Source of the DNA: a virus
Taxonomy: Duplodnaviria > Caudoviricetes
DNA length: 63,134 nt
Reading direction: 5' to 3' (one strand)
Virus record (IMG/VR): IMGVR_UViG_3300016673_000467
Location: 1-63,134 of that record
Shown one piece after another: positions 18,525 through 27,585 of this stretch (position 1 is its first letter; every line of letters begins with the position of its first letter). The notes under the pieces are model-generated. The model was not told the DNA's origin, searched no databases, and worked only from the letters and a program-made list of their open reading frames with translations. The position numbers and the translations under genes were made by a program.

Positions 18525-19432
18525 GCATGAGTCTTATGGTTGCCGCGATGAAACTTCGCGTCGGCAACCCACTGCGCAAACTGGTACTGATAAAGCTGGC
18601 AGATAACGCCAGTGATATGGGCGAGTGCTGGCCTTCATATCAGCACATCGCCGACCAATGCGAGATCAGCAAACGCTCCGTAATGAACCACATTACGGTC
18701 TTGTGCGAGTCTGGGCTTCTACGCAAGGAAATCCGAAAGGGTGGGCCAAAAGGCAACTCATCGAACGTTTACTTTTTGACCCTCGATGGTGGTGCACCTC
18801 CTGCACCAGGGGGAGTGCAGGAGATTCACCCGGGTAGTGCAGCAGGTTCACCCCCTGATGAATCTCTTGCACTAGGGGGTAGTGCAGTAGCTGCACCCAG
18901 AACCAGTCACTCTCCTGAACCAGTCATTGAACCGGTCATTGAACCAACTGTGCCCCAGGCTTGCGCCAAGGCCACGACGGGTAGGGTCGTGCCATTCGCT
19001 CCACAGCAACCGCGCTGTGAAATCCCGGCCGATATGCCTGGCCCGAAAGATCGGTCCTGTAAAACCTTCAAGGCCTGGGCCAACTACGCGATGGCTTATC
19101 ACAAACGATACGGTGCTTGGCCGGTCTGGAATGCCAAGGCCGGTGGTCAGCTGGGACAATTGGTTGACCGTCTCGGCGTCGATGTCGCCCATCACGTCGC
19201 TGCCCACTACCTGAAAACCAGCGATGCCGCCGTTCTGCGCAAGTGCCATAGCCTCAACGAGCTACTGGCCAACGCCGAGAGTTACCACACCCAATGGGTT
19301 ACCGGTCAGCGCATTAACGGGACCACTGCCCGCCAGATGGAACGCACCGAGGCGAACGTATCCGCTGCGGAGCAGGCGGCTCAAATGGTGCTGGCCAAGC
19401 GACAAGCAGGTGATCGCAATGAATACCTCTGA
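18521..19432 (+). CDS. Replication initiator (HTH_36, O-like)
   Basis: KLVLIKLADNA...CWPSYQHIA; contains iterons. Confidence 0.88.
   Translation: MSMSLMVAAMKLRVGNPLRKLVLIKLADNASDMGECWPSYQHIADQCEISKRSVMNHITVLCESGLLRKEIRKGGPKGNSSNVYFLTLDGGAPPAPGGVQEIHPGSAAGSPPDESLALGGSAVAAPRTSHSPEPVIEPVIEPTVPQACAKATTGRVVPFAPQQPRCEIPADMPGPKDRSCKTFKAWANYAMAYHKRYGAWPVWNAKAGGQLGQLVDRLGVDVAHHVAAHYLKTSDAAVLRKCHSLNELLANAESYHTQWVTGQRINGTTARQMERTEANVSAAEQAAQMVLAKRQAGDRNEYL
18792..18945. repeat. Replication origin iterons
   Basis: Five GTGCA-N5-TGCAC-like 15-mers (18792, 18815, 18837, 18858, 18882) then tandem GAACC(A/G)GTCATT. Confidence 0.75.
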
Positions 19433-20222
19433 AATGAACAACCAGCAGGTCGCCGGGCTCGCTGCCGCTATCTGTGCGACTGCAGAAGCCATGGGGCAGG
19501 AAATGAACCCGGGCACTGCGGCGATGATGGCTGAGGATCTCTGCGTGTACTCGGTGCCTGTCGTCAAAGCCGCTCTGAAGGCTTGCCGCTTCGAGGTGAA
19601 GGGCAAACTGGCCATGGCTGACATTCTGCAGCGGGTGCAATCCGCAGACGGCCGCCCGGGCAAGGATGAGGCATGGGCCATCGCCATGACCACCCACGAT
19701 GAGTTTGAAACCGTGGTGCTGACTGACGAAATCCAGCTGGCGCTGGCCGCCGCGAAACCGGTTCTAGATGCTGGCGACAAGGTCGGTGCCCGCATGGCAT
19801 TTGTCAGCGCTTATGAGCGATTTGTGAGGCAGGCCCGCGAAGATACGAAGCCGGTCAACTGGCATGTGTCCGTGGGCTTTGACGCCGACCGACGCATTCA
19901 GGCCGTCACCCGGGCTGTGCAGATGCAGCGTATCCCTCAGGAGCGTGGCCAATTGTACTTGGCCGATCTGACACACGAGCCAGTCAGCGAGGATGGTCGT
20001 GCCATTGCCGGGTTGCTCACGGGTTCACCTTGCCAGCCGACCGATGTGGTTCGTACCAAGCTGGATGCGATTCGCACCGACTTGGCCCGCAAGCGAAAAG
20101 AGAAAGCGGATGCTCGTGAAGCCGAGCGTTGCCGAGTTCTGACTGAACTTGACCTTCGTAAAACCCATTTGATCAGCCAAGCGGCTGCCATCCAATCCAA
20201 GGAGGCCACCCGTGGCCGATGA
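19419..20222 (+). CDS. Replication accessory protein (P-like helicase loader position)
   Basis: Overlaps the initiator stop; synteny. Confidence 0.7.
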   Translation: MNTSEMNNQQVAGLAAAICATAEAMGQEMNPGTAAMMAEDLCVYSVPVVKAALKACRFEVKGKLAMADILQRVQSADGRPGKDEAWAIAMTTHDEFETVVLTDEIQLALAAAKPVLDAGDKVGARMAFVSAYERFVRQAREDTKPVNWHVSVGFDADRRIQAVTRAVQMQRIPQERGQLYLADLTHEPVSEDGRAIAGLLTGSPCQPTDVVRTKLDAIRTDLARKRKEKADAREAERCRVLTELDLRKTHLISQAAAIQSKEATRGR

Positions 20223-20427
20223 TGTCGATTTTGCAGATGCACGTATTGAAAAAGAGCTGGCGTCAGCCCTTTCGGCTCGAATCGTTTACAGCGGCGTGAG
20301 CGCCCTTGAGTGTGAGTGCGGTGAGGAAATCTCCGAAGGACGCCGTCTTGCAGTGCCAGGTGTTCGAGACTGCATTGCCTGTGCCGAACATTCAGCTTTG
20401 AAATTGAGGGGTGTTCGCCGTGGCTGA
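20212..20427 (+). CDS. TraR/DksA C4 zinc-finger protein
   Basis: MADDVDFA; CECGEEI...RR.AVPG..CIAC. Confidence 0.9.
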   Translation: MADDVDFADARIEKELASALSARIVYSGVSALECECGEEISEGRRLAVPGVRDCIACAEHSALKLRGVRRG

Positions 20428-21007
20428 GGTCGCACTTATCCGAACAGCACAAGGGCTGGTGCCTGCTACTGAGGCTGACCGCGAACTGACCCAGAGGTGG
20501 AAGCTTGGCCAAGTTATCCATGGCAAGTTCACCAAAATGCGCAACGCCAAATTTCACGGGAAGTTCTTCTCGATGCTCGATCTGGCGTGGGAGTACTGGG
20601 AGCCTGTCGGCGGCCTGGTACCCAGGCAAGAGCTGCGGGGTATTCAAGGGCTGGCCAAGTACTTTGAAGCGCAAAACGGGAAACCGGGGCAGCTGTCGGA
20701 TGCGGTCGCTTCATATATCGCAGGCCTTGAAACTACCCGGGCTGAGCGCTTTCCGGCGGTTGATAAAAGCCGCGAAGCCTTTCGTGAGTGGGTAACTATC
20801 GAAGCAGGGCATTTCCACCTGGTGCATACCCCTGAGGGCATCCGCAAAGAGGCCAAGTCGATCAGCTGGGCCAACATGGATGACCTCGCATTTGAGCCGC
20901 TTTATCGCGACGTTTTTAACGCCTGCTGGCGCTTGGTGCTGTCCGCGCACTTTGAAACGGAGCAGGACGCCTTGAGTGCTGCGGATCAGATTGGGAGTTA
21001 TGGATGA
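20420..21007 (+). CDS. DUF1367-like nin-region protein
   Basis: RNAKFHGKFF...KSISWANMD motifs. Confidence 0.75.
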   Translation: MAEVALIRTAQGLVPATEADRELTQRWKLGQVIHGKFTKMRNAKFHGKFFSMLDLAWEYWEPVGGLVPRQELRGIQGLAKYFEAQNGKPGQLSDAVASYIAGLETTRAERFPAVDKSREAFREWVTIEAGHFHLVHTPEGIRKEAKSISWANMDDLAFEPLYRDVFNACWRLVLSAHFETEQDALSAADQIGSYG

Positions 21008-21606
21008 GCATTCCTCCAAAGCAGCCCAAACCGAAGAAGTGCCGAGTTGCTGCGTGCGGGGCTTCATTCGTTCCTGCACGTCTGGGCCAGGCCGTATGCA
21101 GTCCTGCCTGCGCGATTCTGGATGCCCCGAAAAACCTGGATCGGGCGCGCAAGTCGCTGGCTCAGGTCGAGCGCCGGGAGATCAAGGTTCGCAAGGAGAA
21201 ACTGAAGAGCAGGGCGGATCACCTGCGCGAGGCTCAAACCGCGGTAAACGTGTTTATCCGCCTGCGTGACGCCCACCTCCCGTGCATCAGCTGCGATTCC
21301 ATACCCAACGATTACGACCTCTTCACCGGCAGCCGGTGGGATGCTGGCCATTATCGCTCCGTGGGCTCGTGCCCTGAGCTGCGCTTTGAAACGCAGAACA
21401 TTCACCGCCAGTGCGTGAGGTGCAATCGCAACCTGTCGGGTAATGCAGTCGAGTATCGCATTCGGCTGGTTCAACGTATTGGAGCTGAGCAGGTGGCCTG
21501 GCTCGAAGGGCCGCATCCGGCCCGCAAGTACACCGTTGAAGAGATCAAGGCCATCAAGGCTGATTACCTGGCAAAGATCAGAGAACTGAAGAGGGCAGCG
21601 GCATGA
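21004..21606 (+). CDS. ninG: NinG/Rap recombination endonuclease
   Basis: CISC...DAGHYRSVG...NIHRQCVRCN. Confidence 0.88.
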   Translation: MSIPPKQPKPKKCRVAACGASFVPARLGQAVCSPACAILDAPKNLDRARKSLAQVERREIKVRKEKLKSRADHLREAQTAVNVFIRLRDAHLPCISCDSIPNDYDLFTGSRWDAGHYRSVGSCPELRFETQNIHRQCVRCNRNLSGNAVEYRIRLVQRIGAEQVAWLEGPHPARKYTVEEIKAIKADYLAKIRELKRAAA

Positions 21607-22148
21607 CCTATCGCAACGTTGTTTCAGCCGTGGTTCGGGCACTCGCTGCCGAGACAATTAATTCTGTCGGTGGCTGCGACTTCGAGCCAAAGGTGCAATG
21701 TGCAAAGCAAAAGGGTGAGATTGTCGGCAAAGAAGCTGCTTTCCTGCAGGACTGCTGGGTGTTCGGGCGACTGCATAAGGCGCTAGCCCCGGCGCACTGG
21801 CGGGTGCTGGTGGCGAAGTTCTCTACCCACACCGCGCGCAAACATGCCGCCATTGCTGAATTGACGCGTGTTACGCGATCACCGGCACCGGAACGGTTTC
21901 TGCACTGCGCAGTGGTGACGTGGGCGCTGCCTAGGTTGCCAGGTGTGGACGGCAAGCGGTCCACCAACGTCCTGCCTGCTGGCTGGTATGAGATGGACAA
22001 CTGGTCGAATGAGCCGCATCCGATCAAGACCCAAGAGCGGTGGAGGCGTGATATTCGCAAGGCACTGGAACGGGAGGTGGATGAGGCATTGGTCTCCGCC
22101 CAAGTCCTATTGGATGCAGAGGGGCTCATTGAGGCACAAGCTGCTTGA
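21603..22148 (+). CDS. Late antiterminator Q-like protein
   Basis: Last nin-region gene, followed by a promoter and terminator. Confidence 0.6.
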   Translation: MTYRNVVSAVVRALAAETINSVGGCDFEPKVQCAKQKGEIVGKEAAFLQDCWVFGRLHKALAPAHWRVLVAKFSTHTARKHAAIAELTRVTRSPAPERFLHCAVVTWALPRLPGVDGKRSTNVLPAGWYEMDNWSNEPHPIKTQERWRRDIRKALEREVDEALVSAQVLLDAEGLIEAQAA

Positions 22149-22251
22149 CGGCGAATGAGCCAATGATCCATTATTGGCTCATCCTGTCATTCCTGCGTGT
22201 GTAGGAGTCAGCCGAAAATGCCTCGCCAGAGAAATCTGCCGGGGCTTTGTT
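22145..22251 (+). promoter_or_regulatory. Late promoter PR' with inverted repeat and tR'-like terminator
   Basis: TTGACG -35; ATGAGCCAAT-N8-ATTGGCTCAT; hairpin plus U-rich tail at about 22220-22251. Confidence 0.6.
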
Positions 22252-22272
22252 GTATTCGGCCTAGGAGGTTTT

Positions 22273-22488
22273 ATGCCAAGAGCACAACGTCGACACGACA
22301 CTTCACGTATCAAGGCGCGTTTTTACAGAAAGCAGCGGGGGCATGCCTGCTGGAAAACTGACCCGCGCAATGCCGGGCTGTTCGCCAATCATGGCAAAGT
22401 TTGTTCCTGTTGGATGTGCGGCAATCCGCGCAAGCAGGGGAAGCTCACACTTCAGGAAAAACTTGCGAATCTACAGCACGGCAATTGA
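22273..22488 (+). CDS. Small basic protein with CSCWMCGNPR motif
   Basis: AGGAGG RBS; 71 aa. Confidence 0.7.
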   Translation: MPRAQRRHDTSRIKARFYRKQRGHACWKTDPRNAGLFANHGKVCSCWMCGNPRKQGKLTLQEKLANLQHGN

Positions 22489-22523
22489 TTCTTGCCCGAC
22501 TCTATTGTCGGGTTTTATATGCC

Positions 22524-23132
22524 TCAACGTAAGCCTATATGGTATCTCAAGTGTGCCCACCGTGGTGATACTCCGATAAGGTTAACTGCATTTTCTGTCG
22601 TGCCATACTTGTCAATTGGATCATCTTGTTGATCAGGCCAAGTGGAAAATCCGCATACAATAACGGCAGAGGTCAACTCAATCCTTTCATTGGCTGACTG
22701 CCTGAAGTAGTCAGGGTGAGATGTGCCCAATTGCTCCAGTCTTAAAGAAAATTGATTGCGCCAGTGCATTTCATGGCTCGCACATTCTTGAAGCAAAAGC
22801 GGATCATTTATCCTTGACTTTGTACTTTTGAACTCTTCGATGAGTCTTGCAGATGTCAGCCAATTGAAGCGACTCCGGGGCGGCACGTTTAATGCGCTGT
22901 TGCCTCCCGTAAGCGCCGCATAAGCGCGCTCAAGCGTAGTCGTCGCATGGTTTAAAAGGCGCGAATTTTCTCGTTGTGAGTCTTCTCTTTCTCGAATAGA
23001 GGTGGACAGTGTTTCATTCTGTTGAATCGCTACGCGGGCGGCCTTTGCGCTAACTGCACTAGTAATCGCTGATGTCGCGGCAGCCACTGCTGCTACAGCA
23101 GTAACTACTAACGTCCAGTCGTTAACATCCAT
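22524..23132 (-). CDS. Moron protein with N-terminal TM anchor
   Basis: Antisense, AT-richer; LVVTAVAAVAAA anchor. Confidence 0.7.
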   Translation of the reverse strand: MDVNDWTLVVTAVAAVAAATSAITSAVSAKAARVAIQQNETLSTSIREREDSQRENSRLLNHATTTLERAYAALTGGNSALNVPPRSRFNWLTSARLIEEFKSTKSRINDPLLLQECASHEMHWRNQFSLRLEQLGTSHPDYFRQSANERIELTSAVIVCGFSTWPDQQDDPIDKYGTTENAVNLIGVSPRWAHLRYHIGLR

Positions 23133-23204
23133 TCTATTTACCTTAGATTCGTCTCGTCCTTTGAGCCTGCTTCAAAATCTCAGCCATCGTCAATAGGTCC
23201 GAGT

Positions 23205-23531
23205 ATGGATTTTTTTCACCGCATGCTCGACAAGCTCGACTGGGCAATTGCTGGCTTTCTCGGAGCAGTAGCCGCCGGCTGGTGGCACCGAGACGACTTA
23301 GTTAACCGCAAAGCCTGGGCCGTGTTCATCTTTTCGGGCGCTGTCTGCGCTCATTACCTGACCGGTCTAGTCAGTGCTTACTTCGAAATTGATGAGCCTC
23401 GCAGCGTGGCCGGTGTCGGCTTCCTGCTGGGTACCTTCGGCGGATCGCTGATTGCTGCGATAACCCGAGCTATCAAAGCTGCTGATCTGTGGGCGTTGAT
23501 CCGCCAGCGGTTCGGGGGAGGTGGTCCATGA
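23205..23531 (+). CDS. Putative holin
   Basis: Three hydrophobic segments; early in the late operon. Confidence 0.7.
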   Translation: MDFFHRMLDKLDWAIAGFLGAVAAGWWHRDDLVNRKAWAVFIFSGAVCAHYLTGLVSAYFEIDEPRSVAGVGFLLGTFGGSLIAAITRAIKAADLWALIRQRFGGGGP

Positions 23532-23872
23532 TCCTCGAATACATCAACGCCTATTCCGCTGGCGTCATTGCGCTATGGGCTACCTGGTGCATCTTGAGCG
23601 GGAAGGTTCGCGACGGGGTGGTGGGCAAGATCATCTACGCGGTGATTGCCTTGAGCGGCTACGCGATTCTGGCACGCAATGAACGGATGTTCTTCTCGCC
23701 AACGATTGCCGGGACGACGCTGTATGTCTCGCTCGCTCTGGCGGGCGCCCGGCATTGGTTCATGGTCATGTACTGGCCACAAACCAAAGCATGGCTTTGC
23801 CGCAAGCTTCACTGCGAGCACTGCTTGCGATGTGACAGGGCAACAGGAAGTGTCGAGCAACCCAACAAGTAA
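23528..23872 (+). CDS. Holin-associated membrane protein
   Basis: Three TM segments; ATGA overlap. Confidence 0.65.
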   Translation: MILEYINAYSAGVIALWATWCILSGKVRDGVVGKIIYAVIALSGYAILARNERMFFSPTIAGTTLYVSLALAGARHWFMVMYWPQTKAWLCRKLHCEHCLRCDRATGSVEQPNK

Positions 23873-24377
23873 TCCGCACCTTGAACACATAAAAGGCAAT
23901 ATGCCGGCATTGGCTGTTTTTTGATGCGCGCCTTGGTGACATCAAGCTACGACTGTTTATTCTTGAAGAGGTGATGGTGTAAAGTCCCCACTACAGAAAT
24001 CATAGGAGTGAGCGAACCTGGCAGAACACGACCTGCACCACGGCGCCTGTTACAACGGTGATCGGGAACTACGCCCCAGTAACCATTAACCAGACCAACG
24101 TCAGCAAATGTGAAAACCAGGTAGGGGATTCAATTTCCCCTAGCGAAAACAAGAGAAACACATCACCTACTAAATCCCATCATGGAGGGACGAAGATGAA
24201 AAAACGCACCCAAGGTAACAAGTCGAAGTTTAGAAATGTAACCGCAGGCGTTGTGATGCTGGGATCGCTACTGGATGTGTTTGGTGTACATTCCGCTCAA
24301 TCCTATGATTTTTGATTTAGAACTTCTCCTGCCTCGCTAAGCCCCATCGAGGCCCTGCAGAAATATGGGGTATGACC

Positions 24378-24666
24378 ATGAAGAGGCCATACCCCAGCGC
24401 CACTGCTGGGCCTATCCGATCTGTCCGACTTTGGTATCCGCTTGACCCCGGCCTCCGATGTTTGGGGATGGCTCCAAGCCCAGATTCTTACCGACTCCGA
24501 CAGTAACCATAACGAAGGCCATGCCCACCTATTGGATGCCGATATCCGAGTCACGTGGGCGTCGTCTAGTGCTGCTGAGGCTGTGCGCATGCTCAAGAAG
24601 CGTGATACCGCAACTGGCGGTCCGGTAAGAATGCTGGTGAGCAGACGAGGAGCTGGCGCTTGTTGA
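24378..24666 (+). pseudogene. Deleted/chimeric remnant: phage metallopeptidase-like N-terminus joined to the C-terminus of another gene
   Basis: LSDLSDFGIRLTPASDVWGWLQAQIL...HAHLLDADIRVTWASS then AEAVRMLKKRDTATGGPVR; frameshift near the start. Confidence 0.5.
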
Positions 24667-24725
24667 TGTGCTGCCGGATACCAGAAAAGGGTAGGAGTGC
24701 CGCAGGTAAGTGCGGCACTGTTGAT

Positions 24726-24962
24726 TCACTCTACGTCGCGCATCCGTTGCGCCACACCTTGCAGGTAAGTGATCAGATGTTCGACCTGGTCAGATGAGGT
24801 TGCTAGCGGATAGTCACCGAGAACAGCCCTCAAGATGTCGTGGTGATCAACATAGAGAACATCGCCATCGATGTAAGAGATGTACTCAGTATTCGAAAGG
24901 CCGCGCATCGTTGGGATGTCTATCGCATTGGCGCCATATTCGATCGTCACATCAAGCTTCAT
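24726..24962 (-). CDS. Hypothetical moron protein
   Basis: 78 aa with AAGGTG RBS. Confidence 0.55.
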   Translation of the reverse strand: MKLDVTIEYGANAIDIPTMRGLSNTEYISYIDGDVLYVDHHDILRAVLGDYPLATSSDQVEHLITYLQGVAQRMRDVE

Positions 24963-25053
24963 GAATTCACCTTGCCAGTCAGTAGGGGGGCTTCACCAAT
25001 ATCGGCAAAGCACCACCATTTCAATCCCCTCCCAAGCTCTAACTGAGATATTT

Positions 25054-25101
25054 ATGACAACTAAACAACCCGGCTGAGAGGCAATCAAACGCGCCTACCG
25101 G
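25054..25101 (+). pseudogene. 5' stub of an alternative terminase small subunit-like gene
   Basis: MTTKQPG*EAIKRAYR resembles the MTTKQPDWEAIERAYR start recalled from related phages; interrupted by the GNAT gene. Confidence 0.5.
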
Positions 25102-25616
25102 GAAAGATCACGGCACATCACGACCATTCCGATTTCGGCTATGTCGGTGCTAAAAGGGATTTCGCCCAGTGCCCCGAATCCAAAACTCTCATAGAAGCGC
25201 TGCGCATTTGAATTGGTCTTCAGAACGTCCAGCCATATGAAGCCTTCATTGCGGTTTTGCGCTGATTCAAGAATGAGTTGGAGAAGCTGCTTTCCGTAGC
25301 CCTTACCCGCCTGAGACTTGAGTAAGTAAATTTTCTGGAGCTCCGCGCCAATCTGATCAGAAATTGGGATTGGTTTGGACCAGTTGACCTTCGAGAATCC
25401 GACTGCCTGGCCTTCCTCGTCGAGTGCAATGATCCAGCAGTGATGGATAGGAGATCCGAGAGATTTCTGAAGCTCGCAAGCCGAGAAGTCCTCGCTTAGG
25501 AAGTTCTGTATTCCTGCAGCGGTCCAGATATCAGAAAAGTGCTCTTTGTAGGTCTTTATGCCGATGTCTTGGAGCGTTTGAAGGTCTTCAATCGTTGCCT
25601 CTCGAATCGTAATCAC
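25095..25616 (-). CDS. GNAT acetyltransferase (PaiA-like)
   Basis: ELQKIYLL...QAGKGYGKQLL; N.NAQRFYE..GF; AAGGAG RBS before GTG. Confidence 0.9.
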   Translation of the reverse strand: MITIREATIEDLQTLQDIGIKTYKEHFSDIWTAAGIQNFLSEDFSACELQKSLGSPIHHCWIIALDEEGQAVGFSKVNWSKPIPISDQIGAELQKIYLLKSQAGKGYGKQLLQLILESAQNRNEGFIWLDVLKTNSNAQRFYESFGFGALGEIPFSTDIAEIGMVVMCRDLSR

Positions 25617-25678
25617 TGTCGTGCTCCTTGCACCAAATTGCTCTAACCAATACCGGCTACGAGCCACTATTTCAAGCC

Positions 25679-25723
25679 GAACGATTCATTGAATGACGTT
25701 CGAACGACGTTGAATGATCGTTC
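25679..25723. repeat. Tandem pair of palindromic GAACG...CGTTC units
   Basis: GAACGATTCATTGAATGACGTTC followed by GAACGACGTTGAATGATCGTTC. Confidence 0.7.
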
Positions 25724-25755
25724 TGCGAAAACAAACCCCATGAATGAGGCTGAAC

Positions 25756-26337
25756 ATGGCCCTATGCGGCGCAAAGAAGCGCAGCAACGGGGAACTATGT
25801 AAGCGTCACGCAATACCGGGTTCCTCGCGCTGCAAGTTGCATGGCGGCAAGAGTTCTGGCCCCCAAAACCTGAGTGGCAACAAGAACGCCGCCAAGCCCG
25901 GTTCTATCTACAGTCAGTTCCTGACCGATGACGAAAACGACTTGCTCGCCAGTATTCAGCTAGGCAGGGTTGACGATGAGCTGCGCCTGACGCGCATCCG
26001 CTTGATGCGTGCGTTGGCTCGGGAGAATGAGTTTGGCAACACCCTTGAAGTGGATTCGGCGAAAGAAGAACCGATTCAGATCAATGGAAAAGAGACGGCT
26101 CTGACGTCAATCACCACAACAAGCAAGGTTCGGGACTACTCAGGCCTCATCGACCGGCTGACCGCCAGAGTTGAAAGCCTGGAGCGCACAAAGGAAGACC
26201 TTGAAACCCGGCGCCTCACCAACGAGAAGCTGCGCCGCGAACTGGAAGACCCGAACAAGGGCTTGCCGGAACCCAAGCAAGTCATCATCGGGGTGGAAGA
26301 TGCAAGCGACCCTGAAGCTGAACAAGCCGCAGTTTGA
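25756..26337 (+). CDS. terS: Terminase small subunit (HGGxSTG domain)
   Basis: CGAKKRSNG..C...RCKLHGGKSSGP; upstream of TerL. Confidence 0.8.
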   Translation: MALCGAKKRSNGELCKRHAIPGSSRCKLHGGKSSGPQNLSGNKNAAKPGSIYSQFLTDDENDLLASIQLGRVDDELRLTRIRLMRALARENEFGNTLEVDSAKEEPIQINGKETALTSITTTSKVRDYSGLIDRLTARVESLERTKEDLETRRLTNEKLRRELEDPNKGLPEPKQVIIGVEDASDPEAEQAAV

Positions 26338-27583
26338 GTTCATCAAGCACCCGAAAAAGTTCTCTGCGTTTGTGGGGGGATACCGAAGCGGCAAAACGTT
26401 TGTTGGTTGCGTTCGGCTGTGTATCAATGCACTGGAGAACCCGGGTATTCCCCAAGGCTACTTTGCCCCGACCTATCCGCAGATTGCCGACATTTTCTAC
26501 GACACCATGCCAGTGGTTGCCGAGGCGTTCGGGCTGTTCGCGGATATTGTGGCCAGTAAGAAACGGGTATACCTGCGTGACAACCTCGGGCGCTGTCTGT
26601 CGACCATCGTCTGCAAGAGCATGGAGCACCCGCACCGGATTGTCGGTTTCAACATTGCCCATGCTTTGGTCGACGAAATCGACTGTATGCCGATCAAGAA
26701 GGCAGACAGTGCCTGGAAGAAGATTATTGCGCGGATGTCTACGGTCTGGCCGACCCGCGAGCAGAACACCATTGACGTGACCACGACGCCCGAGGGCTTC
26801 AACTGGGTCTATCGAAAGTTTGTCAAAGAGCTGGCCGCCAATCCGGCCCAGCGCCCGCTGTATGGGATCGTGCATGCCAGCACCCGGGACAACGCCAAGA
26901 ACCTGCCCAAGGACTACATACCGTCCTTGCGCGAGTCGTACCCGGCGAACTTGGTCGACGCTTATATCGACGGTCTGTTCGTCAACCTGACATCAGGCAA
27001 CGTCTACCCCAACTTCAGCCGGCACCTCAGCCATACGAGCGAAACCATTCGCCCGGGCGAAGCGCTGCATATTGGGATGGACTTCAACATCAACCGGATG
27101 GCTGCGGCTGTATTTGTTATTCGCGACGGGGAGCCGCTGTTGCTGGATGAGCTGACCAACCTGTTCGATACGCCGGCCATGATCGAAGCGTTAGATAAAC
27201 GCTATGAAGGCAAGCATGTCATTACGGTCTATCCCGATGCCAGCGGCAAGAACCGCAAGAGCGTGAATGGCAGCGAGTCAGACCACAGCTTGCTCAAGAA
27301 GGCCGGCTTCACGGTTCGGGTGAACCCGGCAAACCCGCTGGTGCGCGACCGCGTGCTGGCCGCCAACGCCATGTTTCTGAATGGTGATGGCCTGCGCCGC
27401 TGCAAAGTGAACACAGACAAATGCCCAGTCACCACACAGGTGCTGGAGCAGCAGGCGTACACGGAGCAGGGCGAACCAAACAAAGACGGTACAGAAGACC
27501 CGGCAGACGCCTTCGGTTACTTCATTGTCCACCGCTACCCAATTGTTAAACGCACCGCCACAACCGCCCCTCTGAGAATGTGA
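26300..27583 (+). CDS. terL: Terminase large subunit
   Basis: Walker A GGYRSGKT, Walker B ALVDE, TTTPEG, nuclease IGMDFN. Confidence 0.95.
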   Translation: MQATLKLNKPQFEFIKHPKKFSAFVGGYRSGKTFVGCVRLCINALENPGIPQGYFAPTYPQIADIFYDTMPVVAEAFGLFADIVASKKRVYLRDNLGRCLSTIVCKSMEHPHRIVGFNIAHALVDEIDCMPIKKADSAWKKIIARMSTVWPTREQNTIDVTTTPEGFNWVYRKFVKELAANPAQRPLYGIVHASTRDNAKNLPKDYIPSLRESYPANLVDAYIDGLFVNLTSGNVYPNFSRHLSHTSETIRPGEALHIGMDFNINRMAAAVFVIRDGEPLLLDELTNLFDTPAMIEALDKRYEGKHVITVYPDASGKNRKSVNGSESDHSLLKKAGFTVRVNPANPLVRDRVLAANAMFLNGDGLRRCKVNTDKCPVTTQVLEQQAYTEQGEPNKDGTEDPADAFGYFIVHRYPIVKRTATTAPLRM

Positions 27584-27585
27584 CC

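Noticed and set aside
23880-24370. Possible ncRNA or small ORF after the holin genes
   Set aside because: No convincing structure or family; the short ORF at 24196 may be a decayed fragment
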